DNA of 64,000 nucleotides, taken from IMG/VR virus record IMGVR_UViG_3300031707_000002. One strand, written 5' to 3'. Below, in pieces: positions 1 through 8,851 of this stretch (its first letter is position 1; each line of letters starts with the position of its first letter). The position numbers and the translations under genes are program-made. Under the pieces are notes generated by a model, which saw only the letters and a program-made list of their open reading frames with translations, was not told where the DNA came from and searched no databases. This DNA comes from an uncultured virus (IMG/VR IMGVR_UViG_3300031707_000002) (lineage: Duplodnaviria > Heunggongvirae > Uroviricota > Caudoviricetes).

Positions 1-360
1 TTCTTTTTCTCGCCTCAATGCCTCAAGGATATAGTGCTTCATCACCGACCCATGACAAAACAAACCTCCCGCATCAACACAATCACAAACCAGAGTAACG
101 TCCCCCTTTCGAGCTAATCCTACTAAAATAGAAAATGATGCTGCGAAATGCTCATCCGCAGACATCATATATGTAAGATACTCTCTGTAGTTAGTAAAGG
201 CAAATCTTATCCTCTTGGTAAACACCCTTCCTACTACTCTAAAAAACCTAAAAGAAAACCACCGAGGAAACGGCTTGTACTTCTGCTCAAAAACCGACCC
301 ATCACCAATAAAAACTGAATTCCGAGAAACCCTTGCATTGCAGGAAATAACGTAAACCAT
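1..360 (-). CDS. DUF4326-like protein (partial; runs off the window edge)
   Basis: Manual translation from ATG at 360: MVYVISCNARVSRNSVFIGDGSVFEQKY...GDVTLVCDCVDAGGLFCHGSVM. Matches the DUF4326 pattern (VxIGxGS...LxCxC...CHG). No stop inside the window. Confidence 0.6.
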   Translation of the reverse strand, partial: MVYVISCNARVSRNSVFIGDGSVFEQKYKPFPRWFSFRFFRVVGRVFTKRIRFAFTNYREYLTYMMSADEHFAASFSILVGLARKGDVTLVCDCVDAGGLFCHGSVMKHYILEALRREKE

Positions 361-368
361 AACTCAAA

Positions 369-995
369 CTACTTCCCGCGCCGAAACGTCACCAAACTGC
401 CCTTTACAACTAACCCCTTTACAGTAGGCACAACACGACCACTCAAAGAATACTTCACAACACCAGAAGTATGTGTTATATTTCTACATTGTAAAGTATT
501 TCTAACAGTAGCAGATGTTCCCCACTCCCGTACTCTAAAAGTCTTAGAGATTATGACCGTACCCCTACGAAAATCATAGAACTTAATTGCATATCCAGTA
601 TCCGGTAACATATTCACATTTATAGTAAAAACTATCCAAACTGTATCTCCCTTGCTAAAATCACTACTCAAATGCATCCTATCCAATTCAGCACCTCCTT
701 TATTGACCCTTATCTGACTTATAGAATCCCCATCATGTAACAACACAAATCTCCAATTCACCGATTGACCAACTGAAGGATCTGACTGATAATTCCAATG
801 AGCTTGATGAGTCAAAAAAGCACACCCTCCCGTAGGATACATCCTGTTATAACCACACCCAAGACCACAGGTATTTTCAGCCCCACCATACGAAAGAAAA
901 AAGAAATCCCCTTCAAAATCTATCTGACTCTGACCAAAAGACAACCCACAAAACAACGCAACAATTCCAAGAACCTTACCAAGAACCTTACACAT
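369..995 (-). CDS. secreted protein with signal peptide and a C-terminal 'YSLSGRVV' sorting-domain-like tail
   Basis: 208 aa, AGGAGG SD. Hydrophobic N-terminus VLGIVALFCGLSFG; C-terminal YSLSGRVV...GLVV motif. Confidence 0.55.
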   Translation of the reverse strand: MCKVLGKVLGIVALFCGLSFGQSQIDFEGDFFFLSYGGAENTCGLGCGYNRMYPTGGCAFLTHQAHWNYQSDPSVGQSVNWRFVLLHDGDSISQIRVNKGGAELDRMHLSSDFSKGDTVWIVFTINVNMLPDTGYAIKFYDFRRGTVIISKTFRVREWGTSATVRNTLQCRNITHTSGVVKYSLSGRVVPTVKGLVVKGSLVTFRRGK

Positions 996-1025
996 AACAC
1001 ACCTCCTGTTTATTAAAAATATTAC

Positions 1026-2339
1026 TTAGAACACCATATCTTTCAACATAGCCTCATAAACCTCACACTGATCCGAGTTCTTATCATCCCTCCACCGAAT
1101 CAATCTACAATGACGTATCCTCATAGCCTTTGACGAAATATTCTGCCCATCAATTTCTGCAACCTTACCCATAAATACCGGGTCAAGATGAGGAAGACCT
1201 TGCTCGTCTACAACTGTTATTGATTTTCGGAAATCCAAAGCAAGTCCAGAGATATTACCTATCTCATGTTGCACACGCTCACCATTAGGCTTTACAAGCC
1301 ATACAGAGAACTTCAAAGTTCCCACCAAGCTCTCGTATGCCTTACCCTTATCCCCCGGCTCCCAACCGCTCACAAAGGCATCCATAGTGTCATTAAGCGC
1401 AGTATCCGTCAACGACCCTGAAACAGTACGCTTAATCTTAATCCACTTACAGCGAGCACGACTCTCTTGTGCCAAGTACAGAGCTTTAACGTGCTTCGCA
1501 ATCACTCCCTCACCCTTGGCCGCAATAATCTTTTCGTAAAAATCCTTCTTGCCTACCTTATCGTAAACCGTCTCAAGAAACTCTACGTTAAGCCCCGCAG
1601 CCTTTTCCACAGTACAAACAATCCTTGTGACTTTCTCTCGCTCGATCTGTGTAAGCTGCCGGTTTCCACCCTCAATCAACCATGACCCATTAAAATTCAT
1701 AACGTCAAAAGCAAAAAACTTCAGTGGACAACCTTCGTTTTTCTGAATTGAGATAGAGTCAGCATCGTTAAGACCAAGCAACGCAGTTACAGCACTCAAC
1801 TGAGTCTCCGTATCCGAGACACCCCTTGACCTCATAACAGTGCTGATATTTGGATTCGTACAAACTAACTCTGAGTCTGCCATGTACTCATCAAACTGAC
1901 AAGACAACTCTTCGAGATTAAGATTCGGTTGATAGATGTTTTTGTATTCTATCGGCAGATAATCACGAACTGAAATACCTCTTGAATAAAAATGAAGACC
2001 TTCCCCACGCACAAACACGCGCAATAAACGAACTCCGTCCATCTTCTCCTGAAATCCCCACTCATCAGAGTCCCATATCGCAGCCTGCACATCAGGAGCA
2101 GCCGCGTTAAAACGATTAGCCAACATTGGACTTTCCAGCCTCATTACCATCTGTAAATGCTTTGGAATACGCCCGTCAGGATACCTCAATTTGAGATGAT
2201 AATTACGAAGTGCTAGAATATAGTCATCCTTTGAGCACTTCTTTCCACCTGTCTTACTATTCCGTGTAGGCTCAACAAAAAGCCCGTACTGACGGCACTC
2301 TCTGTCTAAATCAGCAATTGTTCTTATTCCAATACCCAT
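1026..2339 (-). CDS. ATP-dependent DNA ligase
   Basis: Motif I QEKMDGVR, FFAFDV, GEGVIAK, KWIKIK, and an OB-domain tail RIRHCRLIRWRDDK. Confidence 0.9.
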   Translation of the reverse strand: MGIGIRTIADLDRECRQYGLFVEPTRNSKTGGKKCSKDDYILALRNYHLKLRYPDGRIPKHLQMVMRLESPMLANRFNAAAPDVQAAIWDSDEWGFQEKMDGVRLLRVFVRGEGLHFYSRGISVRDYLPIEYKNIYQPNLNLEELSCQFDEYMADSELVCTNPNISTVMRSRGVSDTETQLSAVTALLGLNDADSISIQKNEGCPLKFFAFDVMNFNGSWLIEGGNRQLTQIEREKVTRIVCTVEKAAGLNVEFLETVYDKVGKKDFYEKIIAAKGEGVIAKHVKALYLAQESRARCKWIKIKRTVSGSLTDTALNDTMDAFVSGWEPGDKGKAYESLVGTLKFSVWLVKPNGERVQHEIGNISGLALDFRKSITVVDEQGLPHLDPVFMGKVAEIDGQNISSKAMRIRHCRLIRWRDDKNSDQCEVYEAMLKDMVF

Positions 2340-2348
2340 GAGATCCCC

Positions 2349-2744
2349 TTAGACATCACTAATCTTCGACACCCGCTGACACCAATTCAACGCCCACTGA
2401 TTCCGAACATCCTCATAACAAGAGTTCCCGGCCCTATCACCGAGCTTTGCAATAAGTTTTTTCAAAAAGAACACCATCTCATGTTGATTAGACCTATGCT
2501 GCTCTACAAAAATCTCTGCTACTGCCTCTGAATCCAGCCCCTCAAAATCAAAAGGGGTCTTACTGACCAATGCAGCAAAACCCTCTATAACCTTCCGGTA
2601 ACGCTCCACTTTTCTCCTCAGAGCCTCACGATTCGCACAACCCACACAGACAGACTCCCCGTGTGTGAGCGGCCCTACGGTGTCCAGATACAACCGCGTA
2701 CCATCTTGTACAATACTCTTATGGCAGATGAAACAAGACGGCAT
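2349..2744 (-). CDS. hypothetical protein with N-terminal CxxC...CxxC zinc finger
   Basis: 131-aa ORF in the tightly packed minus-strand gene string. Confidence 0.6.
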   Translation of the reverse strand: MPSCFICHKSIVQDGTRLYLDTVGPLTHGESVCVGCANREALRRKVERYRKVIEGFAALVSKTPFDFEGLDSEAVAEIFVEQHRSNQHEMVFFLKKLIAKLGDRAGNSCYEDVRNQWALNWCQRVSKISDV

Positions 2745-2749
2745 ATCAA

Positions 2750-3061
2750 TCAGCCCTTCACAATATCTTCCCGAACAACAGTCACACCATGCTTTTCAAG
2801 GTACTTAATCACCGTGTTGTGCAAAATCAAATCGTCTACCAACTTGCGCTTAACCCTGAGCTTCTTAACCTCTCCCTTTTCGACCTGAGATAAAACCTCA
2901 AGCAGATCGAACCTGCCCCGAATAGCAAGCTCAATCCATAATCTCTGCTCAACATCCTTGCTAAACCCGTTCAATATACTCACTTGTGACTCCTCCCTCT
3001 TGAATATAATCTTTGAAAACTGTAAAGTCAAGAAGTTTTTGAAAAAAGATTGAGTAACCAA
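2750..3061 (-). CDS. hypothetical protein
   Basis: 103-aa ORF, co-oriented and tightly packed; start uncertain. Confidence 0.5.
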   Translation of the reverse strand: MVTQSFFKNFLTLQFSKIIFKREESQVSILNGFSKDVEQRLWIELAIRGRFDLLEVLSQVEKGEVKKLRVKRKLVDDLILHNTVIKYLEKHGVTVVREDIVKG

Positions 3062-3081
3062 GCCAAGAACCGGGCTAACAA

Positions 3082-3276
3082 CTATCTTTGTAAAACTACC
3101 TTACGGCCATCTACCAACGTATGAATAATAGCAACATCATCCACGGTATACCGATATGAAGGATGAAACTTAGAAGCCTCCACAAGAACAGTCAACGCTT
3201 CTCGTGTAATGGACACAAAAGGCTTGTCCAACTCCAGAGAAATCTTAGCAAGCTCTACGGCTTTCTTGACATCCAT
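3082..3276 (-). CDS. hypothetical protein
   Basis: 64 aa with AGGAG SD. Confidence 0.6.
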   Translation of the reverse strand: MDVKKAVELAKISLELDKPFVSITREALTVLVEASKFHPSYRYTVDDVAIIHTLVDGRKVVLQR

Positions 3277-3281
3277 AACAA

Positions 3282-3509
3282 CTACTCCTGTTTTTTCTCA
3301 ACAAGATTCTCAATTGGCTTCCCGCACTTCTGGCAAACACCAGCAACTTCCGCGCAACCACGACACGCAACCGACACTTGAGGATAAAAATCATACTCCC
3401 CATGAAGACGGCATACCTGCTTTCCCTGGTAGACAAACAGGGAAGGACACGGGGAATACATCTCCAAACACCTTGCGCAAAGCTGAAAAACTCGTTCTGG
3501 GTTATTCAT
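3282..3509 (-). CDS. Cys-rich (zinc finger) hypothetical protein
   Basis: 75 aa with several CxxC pairs; AGGAG SD. Confidence 0.6.
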   Translation of the reverse strand: MNNPERVFQLCARCLEMYSPCPSLFVYQGKQVCRLHGEYDFYPQVSVACRGCAEVAGVCQKCGKPIENLVEKKQE

Positions 3510-3518
3510 AAAAGCTCC

Positions 3519-3821
3519 TCACGAATCATCCACACTTAGCATAGCCTCATTGTGCCGAAGCCGCATATTAACATCATGCAAGGACATCCCCAAATCCTCC
3601 TCTTCGAGGATCTGCTCTTGATCCTGCTCATTTCTCAAAAAATCCTGCACACCCTGCACCTGATCCGAATTCCAAATAGGGCAAACCCGAAAGTTACATT
3701 TGTCATAACCCTTCTTACACGTCACGAAGAACTTCCCCGACACTCCCATATACGAAAAATGCCGGTCATCACAATGGTTCTGAAAAACGTGAAAGGGAAC
3801 TACCTTTTCTGAAACACTCAT
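3519..3821 (-). CDS. hypothetical protein
   Basis: Start re-assigned to MSVSEK (3821), because the longer track ORF crosses a terminator and overlaps the DUF932 gene. Confidence 0.55.
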   Translation of the reverse strand: MSVSEKVVPFHVFQNHCDDRHFSYMGVSGKFFVTCKKGYDKCNFRVCPIWNSDQVQGVQDFLRNEQDQEQILEEEDLGMSLHDVNMRLRHNEAMLSVDDS

Positions 3822-3905
3822 GGTATATCTGCTACTTTCTATGTGAGCACAAGTGAGGGGTTTACAACCCCGCGTCACACACACACAAATCAAAGAACAA
3901 AACTT

Positions 3906-3938
3906 GAAAAGAAGGAGGAGGCTTTTCAGCCCCCTCCC
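3906..3938 (-). terminator. intrinsic terminator after the DUF932 gene
   Basis: GGGAGGGGGCT-GAAA-AGCCTCCTCC hairpin followed by TTCTTTTC. Confidence 0.7.
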
Positions 3939-3945
3939 CACCAAC

Positions 3946-4920
3946 CTACGGAATCTGCACGGTATCAAGCTGGACCGCCAGCCCAAAAGCCTTCTCCTTG
4001 ATCGCCGCACCCGAACCGAACCAGATATTCTCCAGCCGGGCCGAACCCTTGATACTCCGGTAGTAATCCACGTACTCAACTACCGAGTTGTAAAGACCCC
4101 ACGCAGTTCCCTTAAATTCAGGAAGATCGGCACCCTTTGCCTTACCCTCAAAAAGTTCCTTGATCGTATCTCGAACATTGATCGACCGAGTTGAATTCCC
4201 ACCCACACCCATTGAAGGGATCACGTACTCAAGAAAGTAGGCCAACATCCCGGTATCAACCTGAATCCGCGCCATCTTCGAGAAAGCATCTTCGGCCTGA
4301 GCACTCTGCTGCTTGGCAAGTCCCAACACCCGAAGCCCTTCCTGCAACCCGGCATCCATCGACTTCGTGTGACGAACCTTTATGATCCGCGAAGCACGAC
4401 CCAACGCCATTGACAGAGTGTTCTGACACACAACCCGAACCGAAGTCAAAGCGGCAGTGATGGAAGAAGTACCATCGTGCGAGTTTGACAGAAGAAGATA
4501 CTGGTCAATAATGTCGTTTGCGCCAACCTTAATCTGATCCGGCAGTTTCGCCAGCACCCAAATCCGCTCACCGCGACCAAGAGCACCTGCCGTATCATAA
4601 GCAGCCGCCCCTTTGTCAATCACGGTATCGAAGAACTTGAAAGCCTCACGGTTTTGCAGTGGGAGGTACTGTTTGCCTACCGCACCAATCACCCCCGGCA
4701 ACCCGTCTACATCTGACCGCTTGACGAAGAAATTTTCCTGAGACTCCGCAAAAGAACCATCGGGAGTTTTCAGGAAACACGGCATCTTAACGGCATCCCA
4801 ATTCAGCCCCGCCGCGACGATTGCTTCCGAAGCGGTCAGAAGCCCTTGCACGATTGTCCCTTCCTTGTGCCACGGCACAATTCCCTGGCCCGAAAACATT
4901 GAGTTCACATTCGCTGACAT
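3946..4920 (-). CDS. DUF932 / LGT_TIGR03299-type phage-plasmid protein
   Basis: PWHKEG, LQNREAF, AGALGRGERIW, LLLSNSHDG, RVVCQNTL, GTAWGLYNSV. GAGGAGG SD upstream of ATG 4920. GC-richer than its neighbours. Confidence 0.85.
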   Translation of the reverse strand: MSANVNSMFSGQGIVPWHKEGTIVQGLLTASEAIVAAGLNWDAVKMPCFLKTPDGSFAESQENFFVKRSDVDGLPGVIGAVGKQYLPLQNREAFKFFDTVIDKGAAAYDTAGALGRGERIWVLAKLPDQIKVGANDIIDQYLLLSNSHDGTSSITAALTSVRVVCQNTLSMALGRASRIIKVRHTKSMDAGLQEGLRVLGLAKQQSAQAEDAFSKMARIQVDTGMLAYFLEYVIPSMGVGGNSTRSINVRDTIKELFEGKAKGADLPEFKGTAWGLYNSVVEYVDYYRSIKGSARLENIWFGSGAAIKEKAFGLAVQLDTVQIP

Positions 4921-5015
4921 AACCGTCCTCCTCTTAGATGATTGTTTATTTGCCCTTACATCCCACATCTTTCTCTTCTTCTCTCTTCCCTCACTCTCAT
5001 CTTCCCTACACTCTT

Positions 5016-5100
5016 AATATAACACAAGTCGAAACAAAAGTCAATAGAAATCTTCAAAAACTTTTAAGGTCTGTAACCCATTGAAAAATAACAAGTTACA
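5016..5100 (-). promoter_or_regulatory. sigma70-type early promoter (cassette copy 1) with upstream IHF-like site
   Basis: TTGACT(5044-5039)-17 nt-TATATT(5021-5016). Upstream AAAAGTTTTTGAAGATTTCTA is shared with the copies at 7.5 kb and 14.4 kb. Confidence 0.8.
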
Positions 5101-5113
5101 TCAGGTAGCTTTT

Positions 5114-5446
5114 TCAAAAATCCGTCTTCACCCAACACAGCTTCTTTGGGGGCCACTGCTTCGGCAGTATCTCGGTGTCTGCCCAATCATAGACCCGACT
5201 GAAAATTTCATCAAAAATATCAACGTCATCCTTATCCTCTGACCCGGCAAGATCGCGCAAATCAAAAACAATATCATCAAGCTCAGAAAGTATACCTGAA
5301 TCCTCTTTGAACTTGATAGCCAACGATGGGCGAAGAGCTTCCATCTTATCAGCAATCTCATTTGACAAGACAGACAACGCAACTTCCTCGTTCTTAGACT
5401 TCTTCCAAGTCTTCTCAATGTCAAGAGTATACTGCCAGTTCGCCAT
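5114..5446 (-). CDS. hypothetical acidic protein
   Basis: 110 aa with GGAGG SD. Confidence 0.7.
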   Translation of the reverse strand: MANWQYTLDIEKTWKKSKNEEVALSVLSNEIADKMEALRPSLAIKFKEDSGILSELDDIVFDLRDLAGSEDKDDVDIFDEIFSRVYDWADTEILPKQWPPKKLCWVKTDF

Positions 5447-5456
5447 AAAACCTCCC

Positions 5457-5870
5457 TTATATCATCCGATTGTACCCACAAACCTTGATGCCATTCTTCC
5501 TATCCTCCCACACAGTCTCAAACCCCGCCTGAGAGTATGGACCGTCAGGATAAACAAAAGTTGAAATAAAAGATATGTCTATCTTCTCAGGAAGGTACTT
5601 TTGGTATGCCTCCATCGTATCAATCAGAGACAACACAGCACGACCGGGATTACCTTGTGCAAAAAGCTCTAAAGCAAGTAGCGCAGATTTTTCAAACAAA
5701 GGTAGCTGAAAAGCCTCAATACGCTTCTCCAGCACACTAAGGATGAAAGAGTTTTCTCTCATCTCAGGATAAACCAAAGCAAATGCCTGTGGATCTTTCT
5801 TATTGATCAGCAAAATAGCAAGAAAAGTTTGCGCCTCATCATCGGTCATTGGTCTATGTGCAAAGCTCAT
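5457..5870 (-). CDS. hypothetical protein
   Basis: 137 aa with GGAGG SD. Confidence 0.7.
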   Translation of the reverse strand: MSFAHRPMTDDEAQTFLAILLINKKDPQAFALVYPEMRENSFILSVLEKRIEAFQLPLFEKSALLALELFAQGNPGRAVLSLIDTMEAYQKYLPEKIDISFISTFVYPDGPYSQAGFETVWEDRKNGIKVCGYNRMI

Positions 5871-6102
5871 AGACTACCTCCACAAGAACAACACCGGATT
5901 TTTTCTTTTTCCACTGAAGTAAACCCGACAGGGATTTAGGGACACGACAAGAGCACTTTGGCCGAAGAACAATCACCGTATCAGGATCGTAAATGTTAAG
6001 CCCAATCATCCCAAGAGCAGGCTCAACAACACCACGATCCGGCCATACCAAAAGATCACCCTCTTGCACATGACCCTTCAAAATATGCTCATACCTCTTC
6101 AT
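5854..6102 (-). CDS. hypothetical protein
   Basis: 82 aa, overlapping the next gene. Confidence 0.55.
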   Translation of the reverse strand: MKRYEHILKGHVQEGDLLVWPDRGVVEPALGMIGLNIYDPDTVIVLRPKCSCRVPKSLSGLLQWKKKKSGVVLVEVVYELCT

Positions 6103-6114
6103 AAATCGCTTCCC

Positions 6115-6381
6115 CTATCCATAAATATACTCTATTGCAGAATGTACCATGTAAACACAAGGCACGCCATCGTAAAAACTCTTGTGATAAGATACATGAT
6201 AGTCATTCTTCAAAACAAGCCACTCCCGGCCATACCCAAACTTCCGGTTAATCTCCCCGGTATCTACATACTTCCGAAAAGTTTCGTAGGTAATAGACCG
6301 TGCCCGATCCACCATCCTGTGAATCTTCTCAGCAGTTGAATCAACACAGCAGATAATGTAGTGGTATTGTTTCATGCCCAC
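6115..6381 (-). CDS. hypothetical phage protein
   Basis: 88 aa, ending NDYHVSYHKSFYDGVPCVYMVHSAIEYIY. Confidence 0.65.
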   Translation of the reverse strand: MGMKQYHYIICCVDSTAEKIHRMVDRARSITYETFRKYVDTGEINRKFGYGREWLVLKNDYHVSYHKSFYDGVPCVYMVHSAIEYIYG

Positions 6382-6842
6382 TCAGACCACACCCCATCCT
6401 TGATCACCCCGCGAGGGTAATCTTTTGGGTCAAGGCTAAGGTGGGTTTTTATGGAGTCCAGAAGAACCTCATAGTTATTCTCAATCCGTGAACCAAACCG
6501 ACGAACCCACTCACCCAACTCTCCCCCAACAAACTCCTCAGAAAAAACCTCCAGACAGACTCGCAAAAATTCCTCAGCAGGAACCTCAACCCTTCCCGAA
6601 CTCCGAACAATAACACCATTGAAAAGGGCAACCCCGTCTTCCTCTTCCAAATCTAAAAACATGGAAGACCTACGGGATCGAACCTCATGCACTGCCTCAT
6701 CATTAGAAAGAATAAACCGCTCCTTCCCAACAATCAAAGCCCGCATATCAGGAGTTTTAGGGCGAGGAGTAACGTGATCCCCACCAGCATTCAGCAACTC
6801 CCGAATCACAGCAGACACATCAATGATCTTGACGAGACTCAT
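6372..6842 (-). CDS. hypothetical protein
   Basis: 156 aa with GGAGG SD. Confidence 0.65.
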   Translation of the reverse strand: MSLVKIIDVSAVIRELLNAGGDHVTPRPKTPDMRALIVGKERFILSNDEAVHEVRSRRSSMFLDLEEEDGVALFNGVIVRSSGRVEVPAEEFLRVCLEVFSEEFVGGELGEWVRRFGSRIENNYEVLLDSIKTHLSLDPKDYPRGVIKDGVWSEWA

Positions 6843-6852
6843 TATCTACCTC

Positions 6853-7080
6853 CTATAAAGAAACATCCTGCCCTATTACGGGAAAATGCGTTTCAAGAAC
6901 GCCGGGACGTGAAGAATCTATCCCACCTGACTGTTGCCCGTGACTCCCCTTATATGCGGCGCGTTTTTCGCAACAATTACTGGCAATGTCCTTAAAAAAA
7001 TGAGGGCATACTTCACCAGACAAACAACACATTTCGCTGTCACTCTCGTTAGTAAAAACATGTTCACAATATTTGTTCAT
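6853..7080 (-). CDS. Cys-rich hypothetical protein
   Basis: 75 aa with AGGAG SD. Confidence 0.5.
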   Translation of the reverse strand: MNKYCEHVFTNESDSEMCCLSGEVCPHFFKDIASNCCEKRAAYKGSHGQQSGGIDSSRPGVLETHFPVIGQDVSL

Positions 7081-7123
7081 TCACAACTCCTTAATAAATG
7101 GTGAGCATTTCTTACAACCACAC

Positions 7124-7396
7124 TTAAAGAGAATAAGCACGAGAAACACCACCACCAGAAACCAACCGATTGACAACATCTTTGTAACCTTGCCCACCAT
7201 CCCGAAGAACTTGTTTGAACTTTTTAGGATAGTAGAATCCGTTACCACCAGACTGAAACGCCAGATTCTCAACTGGCACCTTACCATCCTTCCAACAAGA
7301 TTCTGGGAGTATATACCCAAGCCCAACACCACCCAACTCACATACCGTTGTCACCTTTTCACCAATCGCCTGTACTGTACTTGCTCTGAGATTCAT
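7124..7396 (-). CDS. hypothetical protein (first gene of promoter cassette copy 2)
   Basis: 90 aa; GGGAGG SD at the end of the cassette leader. Confidence 0.6.
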   Translation of the reverse strand: MNLRASTVQAIGEKVTTVCELGGVGLGYILPESCWKDGKVPVENLAFQSGGNGFYYPKKFKQVLRDGGQGYKDVVNRLVSGGGVSRAYSL

Positions 7397-7400
7397 TCTC

Positions 7401-7537
7401 TACCTCCCTTATTTTTTCTTCTCTTTCCCGTCTCTCCCCTGTCTCTCCCCTGTCTCTCTTACACCTTTAATATACACCTTATTTGGATGATTGTCAATAG
7501 AAATCTTCAAAAACTTTTGACCTCTGTAAGTGATTGA
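7401..7537 (-). promoter_or_regulatory. 137-bp promoter/leader/RBS cassette (copy 2), nearly identical to 14297-14433
   Basis: TTGACA(7497-7492)-17 nt-TATATT(7474-7469), a purine-rich leader with three 11-nt units, and a GGGAGG SD. Confidence 0.85.
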
Positions 7538-7550
7538 AAATAAACGACAT

Positions 7551-7580
7551 AAAAAAGGCCAGAGTAATCCAACTCCAGCC
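7551..7580 (-). terminator. intrinsic terminator
   Basis: GGCTGGAGT-TGGATT-ACTCTGGCC followed by TTTTTT. Confidence 0.75.
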
Positions 7581-7616
7581 AACTTTCAAATCACCTTGTT
7601 TTCAACTTGACATTTT

Positions 7617-8444
7617 TCAGCACTTGGAGAATGAGCACCGCCTACAGATCACACACCCCTCCTCATGCCCCAACGCAGCCCGACACTCAGGGCATAACCC
7701 CCGCTGTATCCAGTAATCCTCACCCTTGCCCTCATCACCAACGTAGGGCACACCAGCCGTAAAAAACTTTGCTCTCTCCTTCGCCTGACTCAACCGAATA
7801 GGTTCCAACAAAGGAGATCCTACAGAAATGTCACTTATTTCAAAACTTTTCACTCCAGCAACATTGTCTTTGACCACACTCATGTCCGCTGGAAGATCCA
7901 CCAGAAGATCCTCTGGCAACACATCAAACGGTTCTGATTTCTCAAAAATCTCAGACAATCTTGATTTTTCGATCCTATCCTTCGCAAGTTCTACGGTCTT
8001 ACCTCGCAAATCATCTACGGATGAAAAAATCGCCCTCAACTCATCTTGATGATCCTCAAAAAACTTTTGCGCTTGTAAAGTCTTTCGTATCGCAGATGCA
8101 AGTGCCTTACTACAAGAACTATTTCCAGTTTTCTTAAACCCCTCATCACGCCCTGCACGATACCGAGCCGTAGGACATATCTCAGACTCAAGCTGATCCA
8201 AAATCTCCTCAATAGGGACATTGTTTTGTAAAGCGAGAGAGACAAGCCGCCCCGTCATTTTTGTATTTGAAGAACACCCGCCCTTAGAAGATGACCCACA
8301 AAACACTTCGACCAGCTTCACCTTATCATGCCAATTAAACTTGATAGAGAAAAAAGATGACCCACAACCTGTCTGCTCCTTGAAAGTCAACCCGATAGTA
8401 GGATTATCCCTATGGACTCTTGCGTCTGTAAGACCGTCACCCAT
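7617..8444 (-). CDS. stand-alone class II ribonucleotide reductase C-terminal part (TSCPD-like domain + zinc ribbon; NrdJb-like)
   Basis: TGCGS...EVF...KGGC...GRLVSLALQNNVPIEEILDQLESEIC...SSCSKAL, and C-terminal CPECRAALGHEEGCVICRRCSFSKC. Confidence 0.8.
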   Translation of the reverse strand: MGDGLTDARVHRDNPTIGLTFKEQTGCGSSFFSIKFNWHDKVKLVEVFCGSSSKGGCSSNTKMTGRLVSLALQNNVPIEEILDQLESEICPTARYRAGRDEGFKKTGNSSCSKALASAIRKTLQAQKFFEDHQDELRAIFSSVDDLRGKTVELAKDRIEKSRLSEIFEKSEPFDVLPEDLLVDLPADMSVVKDNVAGVKSFEISDISVGSPLLEPIRLSQAKERAKFFTAGVPYVGDEGKGEDYWIQRGLCPECRAALGHEEGCVICRRCSFSKC

Positions 8445-8625
8445 CTACCCTCCCTTTAAGTTCTCTATACACGACCAAAAGACTCACCATTGACATCTTA
8501 TATAGATTATCCATGAGAAGTCTCACAATGTCAATAGCAATTTCCCGTCTCTTGTCTAATGCCTTTGAAGAAAGGTCAAGAGAAGTCTCAGAGTTTTCAA
8601 CAACAAAATCAGGGGAGTCGTTCAT
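8437..8625 (-). CDS. hypothetical protein
   Basis: 62 aa, overlapping the start of the next gene. Confidence 0.5.
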   Translation of the reverse strand: MNDSPDFVVENSETSLDLSSKALDKRREIAIDIVRLLMDNLYKMSMVSLLVVYRELKGRVDG

Positions 8626-8658
8626 TGGTAAAGTCTATCACACCTACACAACAAAAAT

Positions 8659-8834
8659 CGGGAAGACGGCAAGTTGGGAAATCCTAAGTACAACAACTAA
8701 CAACAACCAATGAAGGTTTGTGTATGTAAGGTCAGCAACAACAAGATAAATATAGCCCTACATTGCCACAACCATGACGTAAAGGAAATTCCCCGGCAAC
8801 AAAGCAAGCCCTGTCACCCTTGCCGTCTATCCCG
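8659..8834 (-). ncRNA. putative structured ncRNA downstream of the DIP1984-like gene
   Basis: Closing stem CGGGATAGACGGCAAG (8834-8819) / CTTGCCGTCTTCCCG (8673-8659); inner stem GGGGAATTTCCT/AGGATTTCCC; interior rich in UUGUU repeats; no credible ORF. Confidence 0.55.
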
Positions 8835-8851
8835 CATTATCCCACGTACAC

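Noticed and set aside
3822..4079. N-terminal extension of track ORF 3519..4079
   Set aside because: It overlaps the DUF932 gene out of frame and crosses its terminator.
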